Of a DNA stretch of 64,000 bases, positions 13,181-27,866 are shown piece by piece. The notes beneath the pieces are model-generated. The model saw only the letters and a list, made by a program, of their open reading frames with translations, was not told the origin of the DNA and searched no databases. Each line of letters begins with the position of its first letter. Position 1 is the stretch's first letter. Origin of the DNA: Octopus vulgaris (taxonomy: Eukaryota); the NCBI GenBank assembly GCA_951406725.2, contig OX597829.1, positions 46,996,001 to 47,060,000 of the forward strand, written 5' to 3'. The position numbers and the translations under genes are program-made.

Positions 13181-13649
13181 TACATATATATATGTATATA
13201 TATTATATATGTATATGTACATGTGTATATATATGTATATATGTGTATATATATGTGTGTGTGTGTACATATATTTGCATGTGTATAAATATATATATAT
13301 ATATATGCGTGTGTGTGTGTGTGTGTGTATGTGTACATACACACACATATACACACACACACACATTCATATATATATATATGTACGCACACACATATAT
13401 ACACACACACTTACGTATACACATACACACATACACACGTGAACACACACATACACATATCAGCATTTGCACATGTGTGCGGCAAAGGAGAGAATAAAGA
13501 GGGGAGAGCGATATGATCGAACAGTCTCTTTCTTTGTACGGGTGTGAATGAAAAGAGAAAAGTATTTTCACAAAGCGTTATGCTTAAAAAAGGTAACTAT
13601 AAATTCAATATTAATATAAGCTAACCATAGATAGGCAGTATTGATATAG

Positions 13650-14190
13650 ACTTAGCAGCGTTTCGTCCGTCTTGATGTTCTGACTTCAAATTCCGCCGAG
13701 CTAGACTTAGCCATTCATCCTTCGGGGTCGATAAAATATGTACCAGTTGAGTACCGGCATCAATGTAATCGATTTAATCCTTCCCTTGGAATCACCGGCT
13801 TTGTACCAAAATTAGGAACCAATGTTAATAACGACTGCGGCGTATCGTCTGCCTTTACATTCTGAGTTCAAATTCCGCCGAGCTCGACTTAGCCATTCAT
13901 CCTTCGGGGTCGATAAAATATGTACCAGTTGAGTACCGGCATCAATGTAATCGATTTAATCCTTCCCTTGGAATCACCGGCTTTGTACCAAAATTAGGAA
14001 CCAATGTTAATAACGACTGCGGCATATCGTCTGCCTTTACATTCTGAGTTCAAATTCCGCCGAGGTCGAGTTTGTCTTCATTCTTTTAGGGTCGATAAAT
14101 TAAGTACCAGTTGCATATTGGGGTCGATCTAATCGACTGGCTTCCCCTTCCCCAAAAGATTTCGGGGTTCGTGCCTAGAGTAGAAAAGAA
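13650..14190 (+). repeat. Diverged SINE group C units with a recent ~183-bp tandem duplication
   Basis: ~13678-13860 nearly identical to ~13861-14043. Confidence 0.75.
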
Positions 14191-14404
14191 TAGTAATATC
14201 GACTAGCACAGGCAACTAATCATTTTATTTATTTATTTATTTAATTTGCATATATATACATATGCATGCACATACATGCATACACACATACACACATACA
14301 CATACACATACATACATGCATGCATACATACATACATATATACATACATTCATGCATATATACATACATACACACATACATGCATACATACATACATACA
14401 TACA

Positions 14405-14435
<31 letters not shown>

Positions 14436-15117
14436 GTGTATACACATGCACACTGACGCACATACATGTGCACAAACAAACGAAAAAAAATAGAATGTAG
14501 TTCCGATAACGGACAGAGTCAACAACTATAGAAAAAGCTGCAGGACGCAACGAAAATGTTAGGGAAAATCTATAAGTAAATGAGTGGAAATCGAACCGGT
14601 GAGTGTGTTAATTAATAATGACTCTCTCCAGTCACAATAAAATTATTTTTTATCCTTTTACTAATTTCAATCATTAGACTGCAACCATGCTGGAGCACCC
14701 TTTTAAGGAGTTTTATTCAAACAAATCTACCCTAGGATTTGTTCTTGGGAACCTAATAGTTATTCTGTCGTTCATTTTTGCTGAACCGCTACGTTACATG
14801 GACGTAATCACTCTAAAACCGGTTGTCGAAGAGGTGGTGGGGGACAAACACAGATATAAAAACACACACACACACACACTGACATGAATATATACATACA
14901 TATATACGACGGGCTTCTTTCAGTTTCCTTTAACGAAATCTACTCACAATGCTTCCCAACATATTTCTTAAATTTAACAGAACCTTCCGGAATCCCACTA
15001 TCTTCAATAAACTTTTGAGTATTGATAATAACTCTTGTCATATCCCTTCAAGCCTAAACCACCATGTTTGTGCAATGGAAGGAGATTCTTAACAATATAC
15101 TGCACCAGTGATTATTT

Positions 15118-15415
15118 GTGAAGGCACATGGCCTAGTGGTTAGAGCAGCGGTCGAGGGATCGAAGTTCGAATCTCTGGCCGGACGATGTGTGTGTTTATG
15201 AGCGAAACACTTAAGCTCCTCGCGGCTCCGGCAGAAGGTAAAGCGAACTTCTGCTGACTCTTTCGCTACAACATTCTCTCACTCTTTACTCCTGCATCTT
15301 GCAGCTCACCTGAGACGGACCGGCGTCCCGTCCAGGTGGGGAATCTATACGCCAAGGAAACCGGGGAAAACCGGCCCTTATGACCCAGGCATGGCTCGAG
15401 AAGGAACAAACAAAT
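15118..15415 (+). mobile_element. SINE group A variant
   Basis: A/B boxes; TSD CAGTGATTATTT. Confidence 0.8.
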
Positions 15416-15964
15416 CAGTGATTATTTAGGATTTTGCTTCCCATTTTTGTACGACAAACAAGGAGCAATATTAATTTAAAATTGTGACACAAGCCCAACA
15501 ATTTCGGAGATGGCGAGGGTGGGGGGGCGTAGTGAAATCGATAACATCGAACCCAGTGCTTGACTGGTACCTATCTTATCGATCTTGCAAAGATAAAAAG
15601 CAGTGTTGACCTTTGGCGGAATTTGAACACAGAATGTTAGGTCGGGAGAAGTGCCACTAAATATTTTTTCCCGTCGTCGTGCTAACGATTCAACCAGTTC
15701 GCCGCCTTACAAAAAGATATACATTCAAATCGAGAAATCCCTATGTTTTTCTGCCAAATTGCTCTTTCAATTCAAGGCACTCCAAATTCCCAAACGCCAA
15801 AATTTGGCAATGACTATAAGCAGTGTGTAGCTGGACCGGAGTTGGAAGATGTGCCTTTCTCATGGGTAGTTAGATATTGAATATTTAATTAATGGAAACT
15901 AGATCGATCTTTATATCAATGCTCAAGGTGCAAACAAAAAAAAAAAAATGACAAGAAAAAAACA

Positions 15965-16388
15965 GCAGGCGTGGCTGTGTGGTAAGTAGCTTGTTTACCA
16001 GCCACATGGTTCCGGGTTCAGGCCCACTGCGTGGCATCTTGGGCAAGTGTCTTCTGCTATAGCCTTGGGCCGACCAAAGCCTTGTGAGTGGATTTGGTAG
16101 ACGGAAACTGAAAGAAGCCCGTCGTATATATGTATATATATATATATGTGTGTGCGTGTATGTTTGTGTGTCTGCATGTGTCCCCCTAGCACTGCTTGAC
16201 AACCGATGCTGGTGTGTTTATGTCCCCCGTTACTTAGCGGTTCGGCAAAAAGAGACCGATAGAATAAGTACTGGGCTTACAAAAAGAATAAGTCCCGGGG
16301 TCGAGTTGCACGATTAAAAGGCCGTGCTCCAGCATGGCCGCAGTCAAATGACTGAAACAAGTAAAAGAGTAAAAGAGTAAAGAGAGAG
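15965..16388 (+). mobile_element. SINE group B
   Basis: Full-length homolog. Confidence 0.9.
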
Positions 16389-16811
16389 TCTTCTCATGAA
16401 ACTCACTCTTCAGCGAGTATTATTTTGTTACGTTCTCCAAAAAGAAAAACATTTTTTTTTTTTCACGTTGTGTTTCGATAAATAAATTTATGCAGAATTC
16501 TTCTACGATTCTTCTTCAAGAAATTGGTTGGCCGCCAACAGTGTATGTGTGGTGTGTGAGGAACAGAGATAAAGATGGAGCGAGTGTGTTGTACGTATGT
16601 GTGTTTATGTGCGAGTATACAAGTATACAGTATATGCCAGTGTATACATATGAGTCTGTTATATTCGGCAGCGATAATGTTTGTATAGTGCATAAATATA
16701 TAAATATTTATTCATTTTTCTCTCAATTTTCTCTCTCTCTCTCTCTTTCTTTCTCACTCTCTATTATACGTGTGTATATGAGTACGCATGTATACCCACA
16801 CGCGAACACAC

Positions 16812-16857
<46 letters not shown>

Positions 16858-16950
16858 TGAATGTGTTTATTTGAGAAAAAAAACTGACCATCCCGAAATA
16901 CAGCAATATCTGTTTCAACACCAGGAGTCCTGCAAAGCAAATTCATAAAC

Positions 16951-16993
<43 letters not shown>

Positions 16994-17061
16994 GGTGTAT
17001 ACAAACATACATATATACAGATATATATATATATATATATTATATATATAGATAGATAGAT

Positions 17062-17110
<49 letters not shown>

Positions 17111-17193
17111 GTATAAAAACATATATACTGACATATATATATGTATATTCATATATATGCGTGCATATTATGTATATAGATATTGTGTATATA

Positions 17194-17263
<70 letters not shown>

Positions 17264-17488
17264 TATATGCGTGTGTGTATGTGTGTGTTTGTGTGTGTAT
17301 GTTTATGCATGTGACTAAATATGTATTAGTATGTTGATGTAGTTCTAGTTTAGATATACGAATGTATCTACACATACATACACATACACTCAAAATAAGC
17401 GTATCTACACAAACACAAACGTATATTTGTATAAGTGATAGTGTCCATGTGTGTGTATGTGTGTATTTTCATACATATATATAAATAA

Positions 17489-17577
<89 letters not shown>

Positions 17578-18240
17578 TATATAGACACACGTGATCTTGT
17601 GTTTCTGTCAATGAATGTTTAATCATGTCTCTGTGAAAGGAAGTGAAAGAACTGCAGGATAGAAACTAATGCAAGTAGTACTAAGAATGTCGGTTTGGTG
17701 CTATCGATTGGAAAAGCGAAACTCAATGAGGAAGAAAACTCTAAACCTGAGTCATCAGCAAAGCAGAGTGTGAGTGAAAAAGGTGCTTAAATGAATAAAT
17801 ATAAGCATGAGTGAAATACAAGGTAAGTGCAAGCGTTGATGGGTAAGAGAATGGGCTAGTTAGTATATCAGTAGTAAACTGTGGCCTAGTGGTTAGGGTT
17901 TTTGACAGATGTCGTCATAATTTTGAGGTTTCATTTCTTGGACTGGGCAATGAGTTATGTCCTTCTTTGATCGAAGCGTTTTTTTTAAAATTTTTCTTAC
18001 TGATGCGGGTTTGCACAGCTGAAATGAGTAAACAGCCGAGTATTGGTTGTAGCTGTCACTACTCATTCAGCTGCCACTTTCTCGATGTACTGTGCGGTCG
18101 AAAAGGTGAGAGAATCTGTTATCCATGTCTGCTTTTTGCTCTTTCACTACGTAGACAACTACACCAAACTTTGGTACTTGCTACCGAAATAATATACTCA
18201 TTCACAGATGACGACTGATTCAAATGTGTGTGTGTGCGTG

Positions 18241-18295
<55 letters not shown>

Positions 18296-18449
18296 TGTTA
18301 GAGGTGTATAAGCGGGTGGATGAATGAATATCTATGCGGAAGACAGATTTATAAGTGAACCCAAAAAGACAGAGAAAAAAGGAGGTGAGAAAGAGAAAGA
18401 ACAGACAGGAAGAGACATATTTATCTTCATCATCCTCCTCCTCCTCCTC

Positions 18450-18450
18450 C

Positions 18451-18489
<39 letters not shown>

Positions 18490-19140
18490 AGTTCTTTTGA
18501 ATAGTGCAGCCAATCGTTGCAATACCACTCTAAACGCTTTTGCAGTCAGGAGTTACCTATTTCTTTACTACCCACAAGGGGCTAAACACAGAGGGGACAA
18601 ACAAGGACAGACAAACGGATTAAGTCGATTAAATCGACCCCACTGCGTAACAACTGGTACATAATTTATCGACCCCGAAACGATGAAAGGCAAAGTCGAC
18701 CTCGGCGGAATTTGAACTCAGAACGTAGCGGCAGACGAAATACCGCTTAGCACTTCACCCCCGCGTGCTAACGTTTTGTGACAGCTGCAGTCAGGTGTTA
18801 CCACTGGTAGCTGTTTTTACTGTCATGCGTAGCAGAGCCACAATGATGCTACCTATCTGATGTTCTCTGACTAGGATTCTTTTTTATCTGGCTCTTTTCC
18901 GCCCCCATTTAACTGCACCCTATAGGGTGGCTTTGGACAAGGAGACGTAACTGGATACGTGACCATACCGAGCAAGAATTTGTCTTTTTACCCGCGCAAT
19001 GAGTTGATCGTCTGGCAAAATATTTGTTGATTTGCTGCCTTACAAAGAAATTCGGGTTTTTTTTGCTTTTTGTTGGGCATGCGTAGTATCCTTCTGGGGT
19101 ATATGTGCTCAACTACTTGGATTCTTCGTACCATGACAGA
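18450..19140 (-). mobile_element. RTE-clade LINE 3' remnant with (TGA)n tail
   Basis: RRIQVVEHIYPRRILRM..; LIARVKRQILARYGHVSSYVSLSKATL*GAVKWG (RTE C-terminal pattern); (TCA)n at 18450-18488; interrupted by a SINE. Confidence 0.7.
18558..18785 (-). mobile_element. SINE group C nested in the RTE remnant
   Basis: 17-bp TSD TGCAGTCAGG(A/T)GTTACC. Confidence 0.9.
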
Positions 19141-19160
19141 AGAAAGAAAATTAATATGAT

Positions 19161-19326
19161 GCAGGAGTGGCTGTGTGGTAAGTAGCTTGCTAACCAACCA
19201 CATGGTTGCGGGTTCAGTCCCACTGCGTGGCACCTTGGGCGAGTGTCTTCTACTATAGCCCCGGGCCGACCAATGCCTTGTGAGTGGATTTGGTAGACGG
19301 AAACTGAAAGAAGCCTGTCGTATATA

Positions 19327-19362
<36 letters not shown>

Positions 19363-19582
19363 GGTGTGTGTGTGTGTGTGTTTTTGTGTCTGTGTTTGTC
19401 CCCCTAGCATTGTGTTTACATCCCCGTCACTTAGCGGTTCGGCAAAAGAGACAGATAGAATAAGTACTGGGCTTACAAAGAATAAGTCCCGGGGTCGATT
19501 TGCTCGACTAAAGGCGGTGCTCCAGCATGGCCGCAGTCAAATGACTGAAACAAGTAAAAGAGTAAAAGAGATAAAAAAGAGA
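19161..19582 (+). mobile_element. SINE group B
   Basis: Full-length homolog. Confidence 0.9.
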
Positions 19583-20030
19583 GTACTTCGGTCGATTTGT
19601 TCGATTAAACCCTTCAAGGCAGTGCTCCAATATGGCCGCGGTGTAATAATGACTACAACAACAGATATAAAAGATAAACGATTCAAAGACTGAATGATCA
19701 AATCACTTGACAACAAAGTCTTTTAATTTCTATTTATTTCATTTGACTTTCCTGTCTTTTTCCTTTTTTTTTTGATTAAATTGACTTCTCTTTATTTTAT
19801 CTGTGAGGGTGAGAAACAGCGAGCGAAGGGGGGAAGTGGGAGAGAGAGAGAGAGAGAATGTGTGTGTGGGAGGGAGGTATAAGTGTTTTAGTGTGCATGT
19901 ACTCGCGAGGACGTTTATGTTTGTGATTTCGTAAGTTTCGTACGGTTTTTTAAATGAGGTTTATAAAATTATTTTAAAGTAGGTTTTGTAATTTTTTTTT
20001 TATTATCTGTCTCGGAGAGAATGAAGTATG

Positions 20031-20032
<2 letters not shown>

Positions 20033-20072
<40 letters not shown>

Positions 20073-20300
20073 TGTATTTATGTATGTATGTATGTACGTA
20101 TGTATGTATGTATGTATGTATGTATGTATGTATGTATGTATGTATGTGTGTATGTATGTATGTATGTATGTATGTATGTATGTATGTATGTATGTATGTA
20201 TGTACGTATGTATGTATGTACGTATGTATGTATGTATGTATGTATGTATGTATGTATGTATGTATGTATGTATGTATGTATGTATGTATGTATGCATATG
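20033..20300. repeat. (TG)n(TATG)n microsatellite
   Basis: Direct reading. Confidence 0.95.
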
Positions 20301-20953
20301 CATTTGTATGTGGGTCTATTTGATTTTGAGACAGGTTGAGTAAAGATGGTTGTGCGCGCCCTAACCCCCGTACATGTCCGTGCTCGGCTCTTGTCTGTAT
20401 TTTCTGGGCATTTTTTGTGTGTGTGTGTGTGTGTGTTTGTGTTTGTGTTTTCATTATAACTTATCGCATTAATTAATTTACATATTCATTTATTGTATTT
20501 AACGAATTCTTTAGAGTAGGAAAAGAAAAATCATTTGAAGTATATTGGTTTATATTACATTACAGGTTTCGTGGAATGCATTAACTAAATAAACATTTAA
20601 ATCGATGAACAATATCGATGAACAATCAAAGAAACAAAGATGCAATTTAAGAAATCCAACAAAACAAAAATGATATTTAAAAAAAAAAAATGCTCAAAAA
20701 CAAAAAAAAAGGAAATGGCAAAGAATTATTTAAAAATATAAATGAACGAATTAAAATTTTATAAACACGCGCATATATGTATATACATGTACGTGTATAT
20801 ACGTGTGTCTGTATATAAGTATGTGCCTATATATATATGTATATATATGCGTATATTTGTCTGTATATGTGTGTGTCTATATATGCATGTGTCTGCATAT
20901 ATATGTATGTATATATGCGTCTGTCTGTATATATGTGTATATAGATGTGCATG

Positions 20954-20986
<33 letters not shown>

Positions 20987-21113
20987 CTGCGTATGTATAT
21001 AAGTGCGTGTATATATATGTATATATATATATATGTATATATATGTATGTATATATGAGTCTGTATGTATATATGAGTCTGTATGTATATATGTGTATAT
21101 AGATGTGCATGTG

Positions 21114-21146
<33 letters not shown>

Positions 21147-21283
21147 CTGCGTATGTATATAAGTGTGTGTAGATGCGAGTATATATATGCGTATTCATAT
21201 ATATATATATATATGCAATTAGGTGTATATACATATATACACACATCTATGCATATATAAATACATATCCCTATATACATATA

Positions 21284-21335
<52 letters not shown>

Positions 21336-21701
21336 TACACAATGAAAGAGTAGTTGTATAAATAACTAAATGGATTAAGAAATAAACAGAAGAGTGAGCT
21401 AGCTGCGAAACGGATGCCACCATTGGCATCACTAATGAGAAACAATTTAAGATTGTTGAACTTAAATGTCTTGGAATTAAAATGCGCTTAGCATAAAAAT
21501 AATCCCCCCCTGTTCACGTGTTCTTAGCTGAGTGTGTGTTATACGCGGCGTGTATGTGTGAGCGTGTCTAAGTGAAAGATGGTTAGTAAATGCTAAAGTG
21601 TGCGTGTGAAAAGTCTTGTTAGAATAGCGTTATTTATGCAAGCGATACGATTGCTTGCCTGGTGAGCGAACGTCGTTACAGCTTGCACATAAATATGATA
21701 C

Positions 21702-21817
21702 TGTGTGGTTAGAAGTTTGCTTCCCAACCGTATGGTCCCAGGTTCAGTTCCACTATACCCTCGGGTCGACCAAAGTTTTGTGAGTGGATTTGGTAGATGG
21801 AAACTGAAACAAGTCCG

Positions 21818-21860
<43 letters not shown>

Positions 21861-22075
21861 GTGTGGGTGTGTTTGTGTCTGTGTATGTGTGTGGTGGTGA
21901 TGTTGGTTTGCTCAACCACCACCACTTGACAGCATGTGTTGGTCCCTATGAATTAGCGGCTCGGTAAAATATATCGATAGAATGAGTAACAGGTTAAAAA
22001 GAAATTCCTCTAGGTGGTGCCCCACCATGGCCGCAGTCTAATGACTGAAACAAGTAAAGGATAAAAAAATAAAAG
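21702..22075 (+). mobile_element. SINE group B, diverged
   Basis: Homology with deletions. Confidence 0.75.
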
Positions 22076-22139
22076 ATAATGGCTTTAAAATTTTTTGTTG
22101 TCGTGCGGTTTGAACACCTACTTTGTATACCTTTACCTA

Positions 22140-22221
22140 CCTCTGAAGAGATTCAACTTTCAAATGATTTTTAATTTAATTAATAAATTTTCTGAGAACC
22201 TGAATTGAAACAGGTGTAAGG
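22140..22221 (+). ncRNA. Type I hammerhead-like motif with long stem II insert
   Basis: CCT CTGAAGA GATTCA..(45 nt)..TGAATT GAAAC aggt GTA AGG. Confidence 0.5.
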
Positions 22222-22315
22222 GATGTTTGTCAATTTTTTAAATAGTAGATAATAATTTATTAATTACCTTACTATTCTCTCATCTTATATACATATATAT
22301 ATATATACATATATA

Positions 22316-22500
22316 GTTAATACAAACATGAAAACACAACAAGGCGAGGACGTGGAACAAATATAGTATCATTGGATGCTCATGAAGGAAGGGAAGAAGG
22401 ATGGTTTTATGTTTCGAGCGGAGCTCTTCGTCAGAAACATAGGAAAAGGAAAGATCCAGAGAAGGGAAGACGGAGGAAACAAAATCGCAAACGGTACACA
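22316..22500 (-). mobile_element. Penelope-like pLTR fragment with hammerhead motif (22404-22438)
   Basis: Homolog of 9745-9948; GTTT CTGACGA AGAGCTCCGCTC GAAAC ATA AAAC. Confidence 0.65.
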
Positions 22501-22827
22501 CACATATTAGAAGTATTGGCGGTGATGTACAGATTTAATACATATGAAAGAAAAAGGCATTCAGAATGCTGGATGGTTGTATATAAAGAAATATATATAT
22601 TTATTTACATATCACATATTATTTCTTCAAATCACATATTTAAATACATATTTAAGCGCTTTCAACTACAACTGTAGTCTCATCAGAAATGTCAGTTTGA
22701 AGAGTTTTGCCTGTTTTTATATTATTAATTTAAAAACAGGCAAAACTCTACAAACTGGAATCGCGCGTGGCGGCGCATTAAACATCTATAAATTTCATCT
22801 TTGGATAGAATTCCATCCAAGGATCAT

Positions 22828-22829
22828 TG

Positions 22830-22914
<85 letters not shown>

Positions 22915-23116
22915 CGGTACAGTTCGATGCATTCCCGAAAAACTGGTTCACCAGTCAGCATGATTAGACTGTGGCCGGCATAATAGAATAGGAGCTTTAT
23001 TTGCATATTCAAAACATCTCCCATAAACAAATATAAAAATATGTATGTATGTATTTATGTATGTATGTATATATGTATGTATGTATGTATGTGAATGTAT
23101 GTATGTATGTATGTAT

Positions 23117-23150
<34 letters not shown>

Positions 23151-23202
23151 GAGAGAGATACATAGATAGATATACAGGAAATAGATAGAATTGACAGACA
23201 CG

Positions 23203-23258
<56 letters not shown>

Positions 23259-23317
23259 TAGAGAGAGAGAGATAGAGAGATAGAGAGATAGATAGATAGA
23301 GAGATAGAGAGATAGAG

Positions 23318-23400
<83 letters not shown>
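22828..23400. repeat. (TTA)n, (TATG)n, (GATA)n microsatellites
   Basis: Direct reading. Confidence 0.9.
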
Positions 23401-23401
<1 letters not shown>

Positions 23402-23548
23402 GTCAGCCAGAAGCTGGAAGTGTCGTTCAATAGGAACCAGTGTAGTCCGCGTCGGGACAACGTAGTTCTCAGCTTGCAATCATAGGACTTTGCTTGCGTC
23501 GAATTTGTTGCGATGTTTAATGTGAAAATCATTTGGATTATATACAAA

Positions 23549-24555
23549 ATCTAAATTATAAGAGAACGCACGCAAACATCTCGCATATATTAATAAATAA
23601 ATACATTGATTATTAATTATCACGCTTAGTGTTTTGTCCATTTGCTACTCTGTTGTTTATAGAATAGATATTTTACCAACAATAACGAAAATACGTTTCT
23701 CCTCAAATTTCGCTATGAAATTAAGTTCTGTTGCGACAAAAATGATATCTACATGTATAAATCTTTACCTAATTTAGGCACAAGGCTTGAAATTTGGTGT
23801 GAGAGATCTAGTCAATTACTTTGATGCTAGTGACCGCCTGGTACCTCTGTTATCAGCCCCGGAAGGAGGCAAGGCAAAGTCAACCACAGTAGAATCTGAA
23901 CTTAGAACATTAAAAGCCTGGAAGAAATGCCGCTTAGCATGTTTTTTTCCTGCGTGCTAACGATTCTGCAAACTCGGTGCCTCTGTGGGAATGAACTGAC
24001 GGTTTATTTATGACTAGCAGTATCGCCCGGCGTTGCTCGGGTTTGTAAGGGAAATAACTATATAAGCATTTTTAGAGAGTTATAGCCAAAAAATAGCAAA
24101 AAAATGCATTAAAAATGGAAAACAAATGATGGTAAATTTTTTTTAAAATCGTTGACTCATCGTAGACATTTTTAGAGAGTTACTTCCCTTATATAATAGC
24201 GAAAAAATGCATTAAAATGGAAAAAAAAAGATGGTATTTTTTTTTTTAATCGTAGACTCATCGTAGACGCGAGCTAATACCCAGAAGGGCTCGATATGAA
24301 TCACGACTATAAGATACCCGGTTTTGGTTAAACTGCGCGGCAAAATGTGGGAGTAGTTAGGAATCTAAATCGTAGGAGACAGACACACAACTTCACTTTT
24401 ATATATAAAGATTTTCTATTCCTGCAAGCCAGTCAACTTTCGTGAAGAATGTGCTGTGTAGCAAATAAACAAATCATTAAGCGTGCTAATTAATCAATGT
24501 ATTTATTTATTAATATATGCGAGATGTTTGCGTGCGTTCTCTTATTGTTTGGATA
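23549..24555. mobile_element. Foldback/MITE-like element with ~100-bp inverted repeats, hosting a SINE remnant and a Helitron
   Basis: ATAAGAGAACGCACGCAAACATCTCGCATATATTAATAAATAAATACATTGATTA..TTTGCTAC at ~23558-23648, inverted at ~24458-24546. Confidence 0.7.
24014..24411 (-). mobile_element. Non-autonomous Helitron, same family as 52433-52832
   Basis: Reverse-complement homolog; TC..CTAG ends, subterminal hairpin, A|T target. Confidence 0.9.
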
Positions 24556-24734
24556 TCAATCGAATGGTTCAGAATCAGTATGGTATTCAAAGAGTTTTGT
24601 TATCTCCAACTAAGAGGAACATCTCAAATAATGTCGTTTTCGAACGACATTCAGTATAACCCTTTTTTTTGATTATTCATCTATATTCTTGCCATTACTC
24701 TACTTGAGTAATTTTCTTTGATTATCTTTTATCT

Positions 24735-25027
24735 TTTACTTGCTCCAGTCATTCGACTGCGGCCATGCTGGGGCACCGCGTTGAAGAATTTCTAGCGTTG
24801 AAGAATTTTTCGACCCCAGTAGGTATTTCTTTTAAAGCCTGGTATTTATTTAATCGGTCATTTTTGCGAACCACTATGTTACGGAGACTTAAACACACAA
24901 GTTCTCGCTGGTAAACAAGTGGGTGGGGTGACAAACAAAGACACATACACCCATACACACACGCACACACACACACACACACACACACGCACGCACACGC
25001 ACGCACACACACACATACAGACAGACA

Positions 25028-25110
<83 letters not shown>

Positions 25111-25266
25111 GACAGTCTTGTTTCAGTTTCCCTCTACCAAATCCACTCACAAGGCTTTGGTCTGGCCGGGGCTATAGCAGAAAACATTTGCCCAAGGTGC
25201 CACACTCTGGGAGAGAACACGGAACCATGTGGTTGGGAAGCAAGCTTTTTACCACAGAGTCACGCT
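24735..25266 (-). mobile_element. SINE group B, diverged, expanded internal (CA)n(TA)n
   Basis: Reverse-complement homolog. Confidence 0.8.
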
Positions 25267-25985
25267 TGGTTATTACTAAGAACCATCAGAAATAATATCC
25301 AGTTTCAGTCTCCATACCGTTAAAGAACGGATCAAATGACAACTCTTTCTTGAAACGACACTGGATTATCGTACACAATTTTTCGATAAAATTTCCTATT
25401 TTAACCCTAACTGGAATCCGACAAACCATTGTACTGCTTAAGTCGGTGAGTTATGACACCCATCGGGTACAGCTGAATGCACTCATTCTCAGCCATTGAG
25501 AGATACATATCTTGATTTAGAATGCTATGTCTTATCATCGTAAGGCAAGACCATACTAAATTCATGGCTGATACCAGTCGAGTCAACAACCTTCATCCAT
25601 TACACGAATCGCTAAATTATACGGATTGGCCAAGGATTAGAAAAACTTAGATAAGCGTCTTTTTCCCTTTTTGTATTTTTTTTGTTTTTTGTTTGCGGGG
25701 GCGAGTTGTTGCCTTTTCAAGAACACAGAGGTATTACGTAGGAATTTATTATGTACAAGAAAATACTGGTAAAGTTAGCGCCATCATATTAGCGTAATGA
25801 GGAATATAAAAATGGAATTGATAATGATTGGTTGGTGAAGGAAATAAACCATTAGCTCATGGCTAATGTTAATTTTATCTGATCTTGGGAATTACGGTCG
25901 ACAAATCAAGAGGACGCTATTGACATTGATGATCATCGATTTTAGTCTTCTGTTTTGTTTTTTTTTTCCTGCTAGATGGAAAATA

Positions 25986-26303
25986 GTGGGGGCGCAATGG
26001 CCCAGTGGTTAGCGCAGCGGACTCGCGGTCGGAGGATCGCGGTTTCGATTCCCAGACCGGGCGTTGTGAGTGTTTATTGAACGAAATCACGTAAAGTTCC
26101 GCGAGGCTCCGGCAGGGGGTGGTGGTGGCGACCCCTGTTGTACTCTTTCGCCCCAACTTTCTCTCACTCTTTCTTCCTGTTTCTTGAGTGATGCTGCGAT
26201 GGACTGGCGTCCCGTCCAGCTGGAGGGAACACATACGCCATAGAAACCGGGAAACCGGTCCCATGAACCTGGCTAGGCTTGAAAAAGGCGCATAAAAATA
26301 AAA
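25986..26303 (+). mobile_element. SINE group A (body 1, tail 2)
   Basis: A/B boxes; TSD AGATGGAAAATA. Confidence 0.88.
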
Positions 26304-26591
26304 AGATGGAAAATAAATTGATATTCCGTTTTTCCTTTTTTTTCTTACTTTTGCTAGCCCCAGTAATACGTGTGATGTGTTCATGCGTGTGTATTGAGAA
26401 AGTAACAGAGACTTTAACCCTTACAATCCCTCGTAACTGATGACATTAACGCTGTTTAAGTTGCATTTCAAAAGTTGCGGGACAACAATTGAAGATGAAA
26501 CACAATCGGAGAGAATGTCCAAGAGAGCCGATATTTTGGGGGCTGAAGATAGGTTAATTGGCAATCTATCGCTACTGGACACAAACCAATC

Positions 26592-27322
26592 TCTTATTTC
26601 TTTACTGCCCACTAGAGGCTACACACAGAGGGGACAAATAATGTCAGACAAACGGATTAAGTCGATTATATCAACCCCAGTGTGTAACTGGTACATATTT
26701 AATCGACCCCGAAAGGTTGAAAGACAAAGTCGACCTCGGCAGAATTTGAACTCAGAACGTAGCGGCAGATCTATTTCTTTACTACCCACAAGGAGCTAAA
26801 CACAGAGAGGACAAACAATGTCAGACAAACGGATTAAGTCAATTATATCGACCCCAGTGCATAACTGGTACTTCTTTAATCGACCCCGAAAGGATGAAAG
26901 GCAAACGTAACGGCAGACGAAATACCTATTTCTTTACTACCCACAAGGGGCTAAACATAGAGGGAACAAACAAGGACAGACAAAGGGATTAAGTCGTAAC
27001 TGGTACTTAATTTATCGGCTTCGAAAGGATGAAAGGCAAAGTCGACCTCGACGGAATTTGAACTCGGAACGTAGCGGCAGACGAAATACCTATTTCTTTA
27101 CTACCCACAAAGGGCTAAACACAGAGAGGAAAAACAAGGACAGACAAACGGATTAATTCCATTATATCGACACAGTGCATAACTGGTACTTGTTTAATCG
27201 ACCCCGAAAGGATGAAAGGCAAAGTCGACCCTCGGCGGAATTTGAACTCAGAACGTAGCGGCAAACGAAATACCGCTAAGCATTTTGTCCGACGTGCTAA
27301 CGTTTCTGCCAGCTCGCCACCT
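26592..27322 (-). mobile_element. SINE group C, head-to-tail array of 4 units
   Basis: TATTTCTTTACT(A/G)CCCAC repeated near 26595, 26772, 26927, 27091; single head at ~27322. Confidence 0.88.
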
Positions 27323-27866
27323 TACACAAACCAAAACTCTGTGTTAGACATGTTGGCTCCTCTATGTCTTTTCTGTTGCTACTATAATGGCCTCTGCATC
27401 TAGGAACTGGGTAAACTAGTATCCCCCATCACTTTGTGACACCTTCCCCTAACCTATATCATCTCTGTATCTCTCAACCCTTGTGTGCCTCTTTCTCCCC
27501 TTCCCTTGCACAAACCACTAAGTCTAATCTATTTATATCAACGAATATTTCCATATTTATCGAAGGAAGTCTATAACTAACTATTAAAACCCGCAGCACG
27601 TTCGATTCATATCGGAATATTTCTTTTCTTTCTATTTTTTATCACTGTTGTTGCTACTGCTGCTTCTACTACTACTACTATTACTGTTTTTATTCTAAAT
27701 TGAAGTATATTTAAAATGCTAAGTCTATTTTGGGCTAAATACGGAATATATTTTTAACGACAATTGCGATTTTGGCATACAGCTGAGACATTCAGAGACT
27801 ATTTTTCTTATTGATGGTGGTGATAGTGATGGTGGTGGTTTGGTGGTAGTAGTGGTGATGATTATA

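Noticed and set aside
17630-17830. Possible exon ending at the donor-like CAAG|GTAAGT
   Set aside because: No clear acceptor, and stops occur before the donor in all frames
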